Below, in pieces: positions 1 through 11,589 of a stretch of 64,000 nucleotides of DNA. This DNA is from Hypanus sabinus (taxonomy: Eukaryota). Where the stretch lies: assembly GCF_030144855.1 (NCBI RefSeq), contig NC_082717.1, positions 4,154,001-4,218,000 of the forward strand, read 5' to 3'. A program made the position numbers and the translations under genes. The notes beneath the pieces were generated by a model, which had not been told where the DNA came from, ran no database searches, and saw only the letters and a list, made by a program, of their open reading frames with translations. Numbering within the stretch: the first letter of the stretch is position 1; every line of letters starts with the position of its first letter.

Positions 1-2333
1 AGTGGCATAGCCTGTAGATTGATGGTCCTGGTCCAGCTTGTCTTCCACTGGACCGATCCTTTTTCACAACCATGTTGGTATCAGTATATAGCACAATTTG
101 TCTCTGTTCACACTCCCACTTCAGAATGCAGAGGACCTGATCCGAGACATCCCTAATGCTGGCATCTGGAACGCAACGTTCCATCTGAGAGTTGTTGATG
201 AGTTTGCTTTTAAGTGAAGGTGGAATTATGTCTGAACAGAATTTGGAACAATGGGCTAGTTTGTGTGTGTGTGAAAGGAGGTGAGGGAAAGTGGGATGAG
301 TAGTGTAGACGTGTAGCATTTAGGCAGGGCATGTTCACACGTTCCTGTAGGAAGCAGGTGTTGAACAAAGAGGCTGGGAGATCTGTCCCCACCTGGTGTG
401 AAAGGTTAAACCCTGAGACAGCAATGTCCAACCACAGAGGAGAGCCAAACCTCTCACTGCACCGTGTGTCCTGTACACGGCCTCCTGTGAACTGCTTTTC
501 TGCCCAGGTCCCTCTCTGTGCTACAGATACAGGGGAGCATGAGAAAAGAAGCAGCAGGAGGCCATTCAGCCCCTCAGGCGGAATCTGCTGTTCAGCAACG
601 TCAAGGCTGATATTTGAATGTGTTGGATTTTACTCATCTCTCTAATTCAACTTCATACATGAAGCTATTTACATATCTGTGTTGAATCTACTTAGCCAGC
701 AAAACTAAGGGTTCAGTCATGTAATTTGCTGAAACTGGCGACACAGATTGATAGATCAGTGAAGAGAGCGTTTGGCATGTTTGTCTTCATCAGTCAGTGC
801 TTTGAGTGCAAGAGTTGGAATGCCATGCAACAAGATGCTGGGGAGACCACCCTTGGAATATTTTGCACAAGTTTGCTTATCACGTAATAATGATGTCATT
901 ATACGGAGTTTGAACAGAGGCCAATCAGAGTTTGCTGGTGAAAGTAAAGATGACTTCACACAGGTTGAGGAGTGAGCTTTAATAATCATTGGTTTGTTGC
1001 CAGTTTCTGGAAATTTGAACAGTGGCAAGATGAAATGAAAATAAATCAGGGCAAGTGGAATACCCATTTTTAGAGTGGGGATACTTTTGGCTTTGGCTCA
1101 ACGAGCTTGGGCAATAAAACACATGGTATCTGTTAAGCTTTCTCTTGCTCATTCTTTATCTGTTAGTGTCACTTGGAGTCTTGTGAGCATATTGGATACA
1201 TTATTTACAAAAGGATGTGCTGACATTGGAGAGGGCTTAGAGGAGGTTCATGAGAAAGATTACAGGAATGAAACGGTTAACATATGAGCAACAGATGAAG
1301 GCTCTGGGCCTGTACTCACTGGAATTTAGAAGAATGATGGGAGGATCTCACTGAAACCCATCCAATGTTGAAAGGCCGAGTTCGACTGGATGGGAAGAGG
1401 ATGCTTCCTATGGTGAGGGAGTCTAGGACCAGAGGGCACAGCCTTCATTTAGAGTTACGTCTATTTACAGCAGAGATGAAGAGGAATTCCTGTAGCCAGA
1501 GGATGGTGGATCTGTGGAAATTATTGCCACAGGAGGCTGTGGAGGGCAGGTCACCAAGGCATTTAAGGTGGAGGTCTGGATATGTTGAGCTGTCTGTCTC
1601 TGGAATGAAAGACTCTGATGTGACCGTAGAGGTGTCTAAAATCATGGGGGGTCTCGATCATCACTTTCTGCTGTTTGTGTAATTTGTTCTTTATCACACC
1701 ATTGGGTGTTTGATGTTTTCTTGAACGGGTTCCATGGTGTTTCGCTGTTTAGTGACTGTCTGTGGGAGGATGAATCCCTGAGTTGTATTCTGTATACATA
1801 CTTTGATAATAAATGTACTTTGAATCTTTGATATGGTGGGTGGTCAGAGTCCTTTTCCCAGGGGAGTGCAGTCTAAACTAGGAGGTGTAGGTTTAAGATG
1901 AGGTGGAGGATTGAATTTCGATCAGAGGGGCATGTTTTCCACATGGAGGGTGGTTTGTACATGGCAGAGGGAGTGATAGAGGGAATACAATTGCAACATT
2001 TAAGATATATGACAAGAACGTGGACAGTGAACCTCAGAGGGATTATGGGTCCAACTCAGGGAAATAGGACCAGTTGAGATAAATATCTGGTGAGCAGGGA
2101 CATGTTGGGCAGAAGGGCCCATTTCTGTGTTGTACAAGTCCATGACTCTGTCACCCTCAGCCCCCGTTTGTTCTTCAGGCCTGTCTCCAACCCACGGTTC
2201 AGCCTGTCAGAACATCGGTGCCAACTGGTCACCACCTGTGGCCAGTCCCACTCTGCCCTGGACCAGTTTGGTACTGACGTGGTATCCCCTGGGTCCGGCT
2301 CTTTTCTGACCTTCAGCTGTTTACTGCCCACAG

Positions 2334-2696
2334 GTGTAAATGCAGGGACAGTCCTGATCCAATCACCAGGAGTTGTGAAGGTGCGTGAAGGTGGAACGGT
2401 GCTGATACAGTGTGTCCTGGAGAGTGACAATGTGGATTACACTGTGGATAAATATAATGTACAATGGTACAACTCACGCAATAAACTGACACAGAAAGGA
2501 ATTGTCCTTACTCTTTATGGTACTGGCCAAGTTTACAGGTCACGGGGCTTCTCTGATCGATTTCAGCTTTCCAGGAATGTCACCACTAACAGCTACTCAC
2601 TGACCATCAGCAACGTGAGGATCACCGACTCTAAACTTTACATCTGTGGCATTTGGGGCTCGGTCTTTGGAAATGGAACCCAGCTGAATGTGACCA
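2334..2696 (+). CDS. Exon V1 (type A): germline-joined VJ-type Ig V domain of the multi-V ITAM receptor
   Basis: Acceptor ccacag|GT at 2331-2334 and donor A|gtgagt at 2697; 363 bp, phase 1-1, open. Encodes GVNAGTVLIQSP...IQC...VQWY...DSKLYICGIWGSVFGNGTQLNVT: both V cysteines, the core Trp and an FGxG J motif in one exon. Confidence 0.9.
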
Positions 2697-4149
2697 GTGA
2701 GTACTTCATGTTGGTTCTGTTTTCCAGTCACATCCCTGTATCAATGAGTAACGATGATACTGTATGTTCAGTTTCACAGAAACAGCTGTTATTACAAGTT
2801 TATAAAGAGTGGTTAAACTGAATGTGGATAAAGATTCACTGCCTGCCGAGCTGAGGGGTACTTAGGGATGGAGAATAAATATCAGCATGGACAGTGACAT
2901 CAACTTCCCATGAATGGAGAAAAGTTTTTCAGTTTCTTTCCGAACTCCCGATGTCGGCTGCTCAGTTCAAGTTAAAGTTTAATTGTCATTCAGCCACACA
3001 CATGAAAACAGCCAAATGAAACTGTGTTCCTCTGGGGCCAAGGTGCAGAACACAGTACCGACAGCACACAGCACGTATAGTCATGACAGCAGAACAACAT
3101 ACAGTCCAGTACGGACCAGGTCCCTGAGTGGCATAGCCTGTAGATTGATGGTCCTGGTCCAGCTTGTCTTCCACTGGACCGATCCTTTTTCACAACCATG
3201 TTGGTACAGATGCACGGAAACATGAAAAAAAAGCAGTTATAGGCCATTCAGCCCCTCCTGTTCTGCTGTTCTGCAACACCATGGCTGATGTTTGAACACT
3301 TTGCATTTTTCCCATATCTCTTGTTCAGCTTCATATGTAAAACTATTTTGGTGTCTGTGTTGAATCTACTGAGTGCCTGAGTCGGCAAATCTCAGAGTTC
3401 AGACACATCTTTCCCTGAAACTCGCTGCACAGTTAGATAGGGCTGTGATGATGGCATTTGCAAGTTTGTCTCATCAATCGGTCAAGTCGATGAGGGAGCT
3501 TTACAATCACCCCTTTGTAGCAGATTTTTTCAGAGATTCCACAGCAGCCAATTGGCATTTGGACATGGAATGTAAAATTAAGCAGAAGAAAGTCAGCAGA
3601 TGCTGAAATCCAGATCAATACACACAAAATGCTGGAGGAAGTCAGCAAGTCAGGCAGCATCAGTGGAAAAGAATAGAGTCAACGATTTGGGCTGAGGACT
3701 GAAATGGACGGGGATAGACACATGAATAAAAAGAGTAGATAGAAGCTGATAGGTGAAGCCAGGTTCTTGGGAAAGGTAAGCGACTGGGGATAAGGGAATC
3801 TGACGAGATAGGAGAATGGACAATAGGAGAAAGGGAAGGAGGAGGTGATGGGCAGCTGAGAAATAGTAAGAGGCCAGAGTGAGGAATAGAAGAAGGAAAG
3901 GGGTTTTTTCACTGGAAGGGGAAATTGACATTCACACCATCAGGTTGGTGGCAATGCACAGGTGGTACAGTATATAAGGGTTTCTCCTCCATCCTGAGGG
4001 GGATCTCGATATGCAGGTAGATTGGGAAAATCAAGTTGGTTCTGGATCCCAAAAGTGGGAATTTTTAGAATGCCTATGAGACGGCTTTTTAGAGCAGCTC
4101 ATGGTTGATCCTAATAGGGAATCAGCTATTCCGGATTGGGTGTTAGAAC

Positions 4150-6500
4150 ACAGAACAATACTGCACAGTTCAGGCCTTTTGGCCCTCAAAGCTGTGCCAA
4201 CCCTTAAACCCTGTATAACCCTCCACCTTAAATTCCTCCATATACCTGTCTGGTAGTCTCTTAAATTTCACTAGTGTATCTGCCTCTACCATTGACTCAG
4301 GCAGTGCATTCCACGCACCAACCACTCTCTGAGTAAATAACCTTCCTCTAATATCCCCCTTGAACTTTCCTCCCCTTACCTTAAAGCCATGTCCTCTTGT
4401 ACTGAGCAGTGGTGCCCTGGGGAAGAGGTGCTGGCTGTCCACTCTATCTATTCCTCTTAATATCTTGTATACCTCTATCATGTCTCCTCTCATACTCCTC
4501 TCCAGAGAGTAAAGCCCCTGCCCCCTTAATCTCTGATCATAATGCACACTCTCTAAACCAGGCAGCATCCTGGTAAATCTCCCTTGTACCCTTTCCAATG
4601 CTTCCACATCCTTCCTATACTGGGGTGACCAGAACTGGACACAGTATTCCAAGTGTGGTCTAACAAGAGTTTTATAGACCCCTGCAACTCTTAAACTCTA
4701 TCCCTCGACTTATGAAAGCTAACACTCCATAAGCATTCTTAACTACCCTGTCCACCTGTGAGGCAACTTTCAGGGATCTGTGGACATGTACTCCCAGATC
4801 CCTCTGCTCCTCCACACTACCAAGTATCCTGCCATTTACTTTGTACTCTGCCTTGGAGTTTGTCCTTCCAAAGTGTACCACCTCACACTTCTCCAGGTTG
4901 AACTCCATCTGCCACTTCTCAGCCCACTTCTGCATCCTATCAATGTCTCTCTGCAATCTTAGACAATCCTCTACACTATCTATAACACCACCAACCTTTG
5001 TGTTGTCTGCAAACTTGCCAACACACCCTTCCACCCCCACATCCAGGTCATTAATAAAATTCACGAAAAGTAGAAGTCCCAGAACGGATCCTTGTGGGAC
5101 ACCACTAGTCACAACCCTCCAGTCTGAATGTACTCCCTCCACCATGACCCTCTGCTTTCTGCAGGCAAGCCAATTCTGAATCCACCTGGCCAAACTTCCC
5201 TGGATCCCATGCCTTCTGACCTTCTGAATAAGCCTACTGTGTGGAACCTTGTGAAATGCCTTACTAAAATCCATGTAGATCACATCCACTGCACTACCAT
5301 CATCTATATGCCTGGTCAATTTCTCAAAGAACTTTATCAGGGTTGTTAGACACGATCTGCCCTTCACAAAGCCATGCTGAATGTCCCTGATTAATCCATG
5401 ATTATCTAAATGCCCATAGATTCTGTTTCTAAGAATCTTTTCCAACAGCTTTCCCACCACAGATGTAAGGCTCACTGGTCTATAATTACCCAGACTATCC
5501 CTACTACCTTTTTTGAACAATGGGACAACATTTGCCTCCCTCCAATCCTCCGGTACCATTCCCATGGACAATGAGGACATAATGATCCTAGCTAGAGGCT
5601 CAGCAATCTCTGCCCTCGCCTAGTGGAGCAGCCTGGGGAATATTCAATCAGGTGCCAGGGACTTCGCCATCCGAACAACTCCAACACCTCTTCTGCTTTA
5701 ATATCAACATGCTCCAGAACATCAACCTCACTCATATTGTCCTCACCGTCATCAAGTTCCCACTCATTGGTGAATACCGAAGAGACGTATTCATTGGGAA
5801 CCTTGCTCACTTCCACAGCCTCCAGGCACATCTTCCCACTTTTATCTCTAATTGGTCCTATCTTCACTCCTGTCAACCTTTCGTTCTTCATGTAATTGAA
5901 GAATGCCTTGGGGTTTTTCTTTGCCCTACTCGCCAAGGCCTTCTCATGCCCCCTTCGTGCTCTCCTCAGCTCCTTCTTAAGCTCCATTCTTGCTACCCTA
6001 TATTTCTCAATAGACCCATCTGATCCTGGCTTCCTAAACCTCATGTATGCTGCCTTCTTCCACCTGACTAGATTTTGCACCTCACTTGTCACCCAAGGTT
6101 CCTTCACCCTACCATTCCTTATCTTCCTCACCGGGACAAATTTATCCCTAACATTCTGCAAGAGATCCCTAAACATCGACCACATGTCCATAGTACATTT
6201 CCCTGCAAAAACATCATCCCAATTCACACCTGCAATTTCTAGCCATATGGCCTCATAATTTGTCCTTCCCCAATTAAAAATTTTCCTGTCCTCTCTCATT
6301 CTATCCTCTTCCATGATAATGCTAAAGGGCAGGGAGTGGTGGTCACTGTCCCCCAGATGCTCACCCACTGACAGATCTGTGACCTGACCCAGTTTGTTAC
6401 CTAATACTAGATCTAGTATGGCATTCCCCCTCGTTGGCCTGTCAACATACTGTGACAGGAATCCATCCTGGACAAACTTAACAAACTCTGCCCCATCTAA
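4150..6500 (-). mobile_element. CR1 LINE, 5'-truncated, frameshifted ORF2 (EN end plus RT)
   Basis: ORFs 5592-6368, 4672-5580 and 4170-4652 carry [34 protein letters not shown] and YCVQFWSP. Confidence 0.9.
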
Positions 6501-6529
6501 ACCATTGGAACTAATGTTGTGCCATGAGC

Positions 6530-8380
6530 CGGAATTGATCAGAGAGTTTCAGGTAAGGGAGCTCTGAATAGTGGTGATCTTCATACGATACAACTCACCT
6601 TGCAATTTGAGAAGGAGAATCTAAAGTTAAATGTACTGTACTTATATTACAGAGGAGTAAAGGGAATTATAGATGTATGAGAGGAGCTGGCTAAAATTGG
6701 TTGGAAAAAAAAACTCTGGCAGGACTGACAGCAGAGCAACAATAGCTAGAATTTCTGGAAGCAATCTGGTAGGTGCAGGATATATAGATGCTGAAGAGGA
6801 AGAGTATCTTAAAGGCAAGGTGATACATCCATGGCTAACAAGGGAAATCAAAGCCAAAGAAAGAGCATATCATAGAGCAAAGATCGTGGGTAGTTAGAAG
6901 ATTGGTAATCTTTAAAAAACCAACAGACGGCAACTTAAAAATTATGAAGGAAAAGATTAAATATGAAGGTAAGCTAGCCAATAATGTTAAAGAAGATTTC
7001 TATGGGTACATAAGTTGTAAAAGAGAGGTGAGATTTGATAATGGGCCGTTGTAAAATGATGCTGGACAGATAGTAATTGAGAACAAGAAAATGGCAGACA
7101 CACTGATTAAGTATTTTGCATCAGGCTTCACTGTGAAAGACACTAGCAGTATGCCAGTAATTTGAGAGTGTCAGGGAGCAAAAGTGTGTGAAGTTGCCAT
7201 TATCAATTTCTTGGGAAATTGAAATGTCTGAAGTTGATAAGGCTCCTGGACCAGAGAGTATGTGCCACAGGGTTCTAAAAGAGCTGTCTGAAGAGATTGT
7301 GGAGGCAATAGTAATGATCTTTAAATTCAATTGATTCTGGCATGATTCCAGAGGAATGGAAAATTACAAATGTCACTCCACTTTTCAAGAGTGGTTGGGA
7401 AGATGTGTTAAAGTCGATTGTTAAGGATGTGGTATTGGCAAACTTGGAGGCACATGATATAATAGGCTTTCGTCTCCATGGCTTCATCAAATGAAAATGT
7501 TGCCTGATAAACCGGTTGGAATTCTTTGAATAAATAACAAGCAGCATAAACAAAGGAAAATTGGTGGATATTGTGTACTTCAGAAGGCCTTTGACAATCT
7601 ACCACACATGAGGCTGTTCAACAAGAGCCCTTGGTATTACAGAGAAGATTCTCACATGGATATGCAGTGGCTGGTTGGCAGGAGGCAAAGAGTGGAATTA
7701 AGGGGGCCTTTTCTGATTTCCTGCCAGAGACTAGTGATATTACACAAGGGTCAGTATTGGGACTGATTCTTTTTATGTTTAATGTCAATTACTTGGATGG
7801 TGGAATTGATCGCTTTGTGACAAAGTTTGTGGATGATATGAGGATAGGTGGATGGGGAGGTAGTTTTGAGGCATGGAGAGGCTACAGAAGGACTTAGACA
7901 GATTAGGAGAACAGGCAAAGAAGTGGCAGATAGAGTACAGTGTCATTTTGGTAGAAGAAATAAATGGGCAGGCTATTTTCTAAATGTAGATAAAAGTTAG
8001 AGGTTTGGAGTGACCTCATTGAAACCTCTTGAATGTTGAAAGTCTTTGGCAGAGTGGAAGTGAAGAGGGTGTTTCCTATGGTAGGGGAATCTAAGATCAG
8101 AGGACGTTGTCTCAAAGTAGAGAGGCATCATTTAGTAGCAAAGATTAGGAACAAACATTAGAAGGAATTTCATTAGCCAGAGAGTGGCAAATCTGTGGAA
8201 CCAAGTCACTGGGTATTTTTAAGGAAGAGGTTGATAGTTTCTTGATTAGTCAGGGCATAAAGGGATATGGGGAGAAGGTAGGGGTTTGGGACTGAGAGGA
8301 AACGTGGGTCAGCCATGCTGAAATGGTAAAGCAGATTCAGTAAGCTGAATGGCCTAATTCTGCTTTTAAATCTTATGGTC
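6530..8380 (+). mobile_element. Old, degraded CR1 LINE
   Basis: Fragmented RT-like peptides (QGSVLG, FVDDMRIGG) and a CR1-type 3' end near 8300-8380. Confidence 0.7.
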
Positions 8381-8753
8381 TTTTGGTTTTATTGAGTAAA
8401 ATAAAAGTGACTTCATACATGTTGAGGAGGGAGCTTTTAAAATCAGAGCCTTGTAGCCACTTTTTTCAGAGCTTTAATAAGGTCCAATCAGAGTTTGAAG
8501 GTGAAAAGAAAGGGTGACATCAGCCATGTTGAGGAGGGATCTTTACACAATAAGCACTTCGTGGCAGTTTTTTTCGAAGCTTGAACAGCGAGAAATTGGA
8601 GCTTGGGATTCATTATTAAGATCAAATAAACAAAAGGCAGGGGCAAGTAGAGTGGCCATGTTGGAGCAGGTCGGTGTTGGAGAGGTGTGACTTTTGGCTT
8701 TGACAGGGCAGGCTTGGACGATAACAGGCATGGCCAATGTAAGTATCTGGTAA

Positions 8754-9071
8754 CACGAGTGAATCTGCAGATGCTGGAAATAAATAAAAACACAAAATGC
8801 TGGCAGAACTCAGCAGGCCAGACGGCATCTATGGGAGGAGGTAGTGATTACGTTTTGGGCCGAAACCTGAGATACCATCATGGCCCTGAAAAACGTTGTC
8901 TCATTTTTACTATGCACTGTTCCAGCAGTTATGGTCGAAATGACAATAAAAGTTGGCTTGACTTGATGAAGGGTGATGAAACCATCCTGATGAAGGGTTT
9001 TGGCCCGAAACGTCGTCACTACCTCCTCCCATAGATGCTGTCGGGCCTGCTGAGTTCTGCCAGCATTTTGT
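8754..9071. mobile_element. Palindromic Penelope-like/MITE-like insertion with a 15-bp TSD
   Basis: ~79-bp inverted arms (8790-8868 and 8995-9073). Flanked by a direct repeat GTAAGTATCTGGTAA at 8739-8753 and 9072-9086. Confidence 0.65.
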
Positions 9072-10614
9072 GTAAGTATCTGGTAAGCTTTTTGTCTCAT
9101 TCTTCATTTGATAGTGTATAGTTAAGGCAATAAGAATGGCAGCAGGGTCTGTGTTTTATTCTTTGTCTGGGGTGTGGGAATCCTGGGAGACCTCTGTCCT
9201 CTCGGATTACCGACTCTGCAGAAGGTTTATCGTGTATAGAAATGACCCCAATGAAAATGTAGATGGGTGGGTCCAAAGTGAGTTGATGATACCAGGATTG
9301 GTGGAGCTGTGGATAATGTAGAGGACTGGCAAAGAGTACAATGTGATAGAGATTAGTTGCAAATGTGGGCAGAGAAATGGCAGACAGAGTTGAACCCAGA
9401 TAAATGTGAGGTGTTACACCTTGATAGGGAAAGTCCTTTAACAGTGCTGTTGAGCAGGGAGATTTTGGATCCAGGTTCATAGCTTCATGAAAGTGGCCAC
9501 ACAGCTTAATATGCTGTTTCAGAAGGCTTATGAAGTATTTGCTTCATTGTAAATTTTTTTTTTTGGAGTGACAGAGGCTGATGGGAGATCTGATAGAGGT
9601 TTCCAGGATTATGAGAGGCAAAGATAGAGTGGATAGGAAGTATCTTTATCCCTGGATAAAAATGCTTAATAGCAGAGGGTATGTATTGAAGATGAGTGAG
9701 GGTCAGTTCAAAGGAGATGTTAAGGGTAAACTTTTTTATTCAGAGAATGGAATGCACTGTCTGGTATTATGGTGGAGGCAAATACATTAGAGGCTGTAAA
9801 GACACATTAAGATGAAATATGTTAGTGAGCTCGCCAATAATATCAAAAAAGTTAGTTCAGATAAATAAAAAGTTAAAAAAAGAGACAGAAGTAGATGTTG
9901 GACCACTGAGAAATGATGCTGAGGAGATAGTAACTGGAGACAAGGAATTGGTGGATGACCTGAATAAGTATTTAATATCAGCCTTTACTGTGGAAGACAC
10001 TGGTAGTATGCCTGAAGTTCGAGAGTATTGGGGGCAGAAGTGAATACACTTGGTAGTTGGTGCCTGAGAAACTGTAAGAGCTGAAGTTACATAAGTCATC
10101 CGGACCTGATGGACTACACCCCGGGGTTCTTAAAGAAGTAGCTGAAGAGATTGTGGAGGCACTAATATTGAACTTTCAAGAAACATAGAATCTGGAATGG
10201 TTGTGGAGGACTGGAAAATCCAATTGTCACTCCAGAGGCAGAAGAAAGGAAATTATAGGTGAGTTAGCCTGACCTCAGTCATTGGGGAGATGTTGGAGTT
10301 GATTGTTAATGGTGTGGTGTCAGGATACCTGGAGGCACATGACAAAATAGGCCAAGATCAGCATGGTTTCCTTAAGGGAATATCTTGCTTGAGAAACTTG
10401 TTGGAAGTCTTGGAAAAAATGACAAGCAAGATAGATAAAGGAGGATCGGTGGATGTTGTGCACTTGGATTTTCAAAAGTCTGACAAATTGCTGGACAAGA
10501 GGCTGCTAAACAAGATAATAGCCCCGGGAATAACAGAAAAGACACAAGCATGGACAGAGCATTGACTGATGGCAGCAGACAGAGGTTGGGAATGAAGGGA
10601 TCCATCGCCATTAG

Positions 10615-11240
10615 ATTGTAATGACATTAACAAATTGTCAGTAGTTTGACACGAGTTTGCTGATCTCAGCTTCCATTCAAACAAAAACATTCCACAGCAG
10701 CACAGTACACAGGTATGAAGCCAGAGGTGTTCGTAGTACACACAGATAGTCAAAAGTTAGTTCCTCCTGTATGGATGTTTTTAAAGATTAACGGCAGACC
10801 CACTTGCTTCGAACTTGACACTGGTGCTGTTAGTCGCTGCAGTGAGGAGACATGGGTAGATATGTTTGGCCCTGTGTCTTTGAAGACACTTACACCACCA
10901 CGTTACAGATTGGAAACCTACACTGGGGAGCAGTTACAGCTGCTTGGTTGTCTTCTTCGTCTTCTTCTTGTACCCTTAACTCCTGGTGGAGTCATCGGGG
11001 CGCCGTCATGACAAGCTTTGGTGTGCTCATCATGCGGCGCATCTTGGGCATCTGAAACCTGGCGGAGCCCATCCCTCTCCAGGTCTGACCACAGCCGATT
11101 TCCTCCAACTAGGTGGCTTGCCTTGGTCGTGAACACATGGCCGTTGTAGTTCATCTGAGAACCTTTCTGCCCCGGCCGGTGACTTCATCATGGAAGTAAT
11201 TCGCCCAGTGGTACCGTGTTAACACCACCCCCTCACGTGC
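10615..11240. mobile_element. Ty3/Gypsy LTR-retrotransposon fragments (protease on +, integrase C-terminus-like piece on -)
   Basis: ORF 10715 has a retropepsin motif LKINGRPTCFELDTGA and LETYTGEQLQLLG. The minus strand reads RPGQKGSQMNYNG, resembling a Gypsy integrase tail. Confidence 0.65.
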
Positions 11241-11589
11241 CCGCCAGCTGAAGCAGTTTACCAGTTTATCCAGAGCCCCCAGATAAGTCACCTGGACCAA
11301 ATGATGCAAACCCCAGAGTTCTGAAAGAGGTGGCTGAAGAGATCGTGGAGGCATTTGCAATGATCTTTCAAGAATCACTAGATTCTGGAATGTTTCGTAA
11401 AGCAGGAAAATTGCAAATGTCACTACACTCTTCAAGAAGCGAGAGAGGCAGAAAAAATGAAAATACAGGCCAGCTACTCTGGCCACAGCAGTTTGGAAAA
11501 TGTTGGAGTCGATCATGAAGATGAAGTCTCAAGGTACCTGGAAGCACATGATAATATAGGCCATAGTTAGCATGGTTTCCTCAAGGGTT

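Noticed and set aside
125-205. Mini-exon NAEDLIRDIPNAGIWNATFHLRVVD after a pyrimidine tract
   Set aside because: It has no GT donor, the wrong phase for the gene and no recognisable domain.
920-1140. Similar blocks at ~920-1130, ~3480-3560 and ~8400-8750 as evidence of segmental duplication; hydrophobic ORF 1075 as a leader
   Set aside because: The blocks look like CR1 5'UTR/ORF2 remnants. The candidate leader has a phase-0 donor inside CR1 sequence and does not fit the phase-1 V1 acceptor.
8739-8745. Strong donor-like GTAAGT suggesting an exon ending at 8738
   Set aside because: It lies in a CR1 5'UTR just before a decayed ORF1 start (MAAGSV...) and forms part of a TSD.
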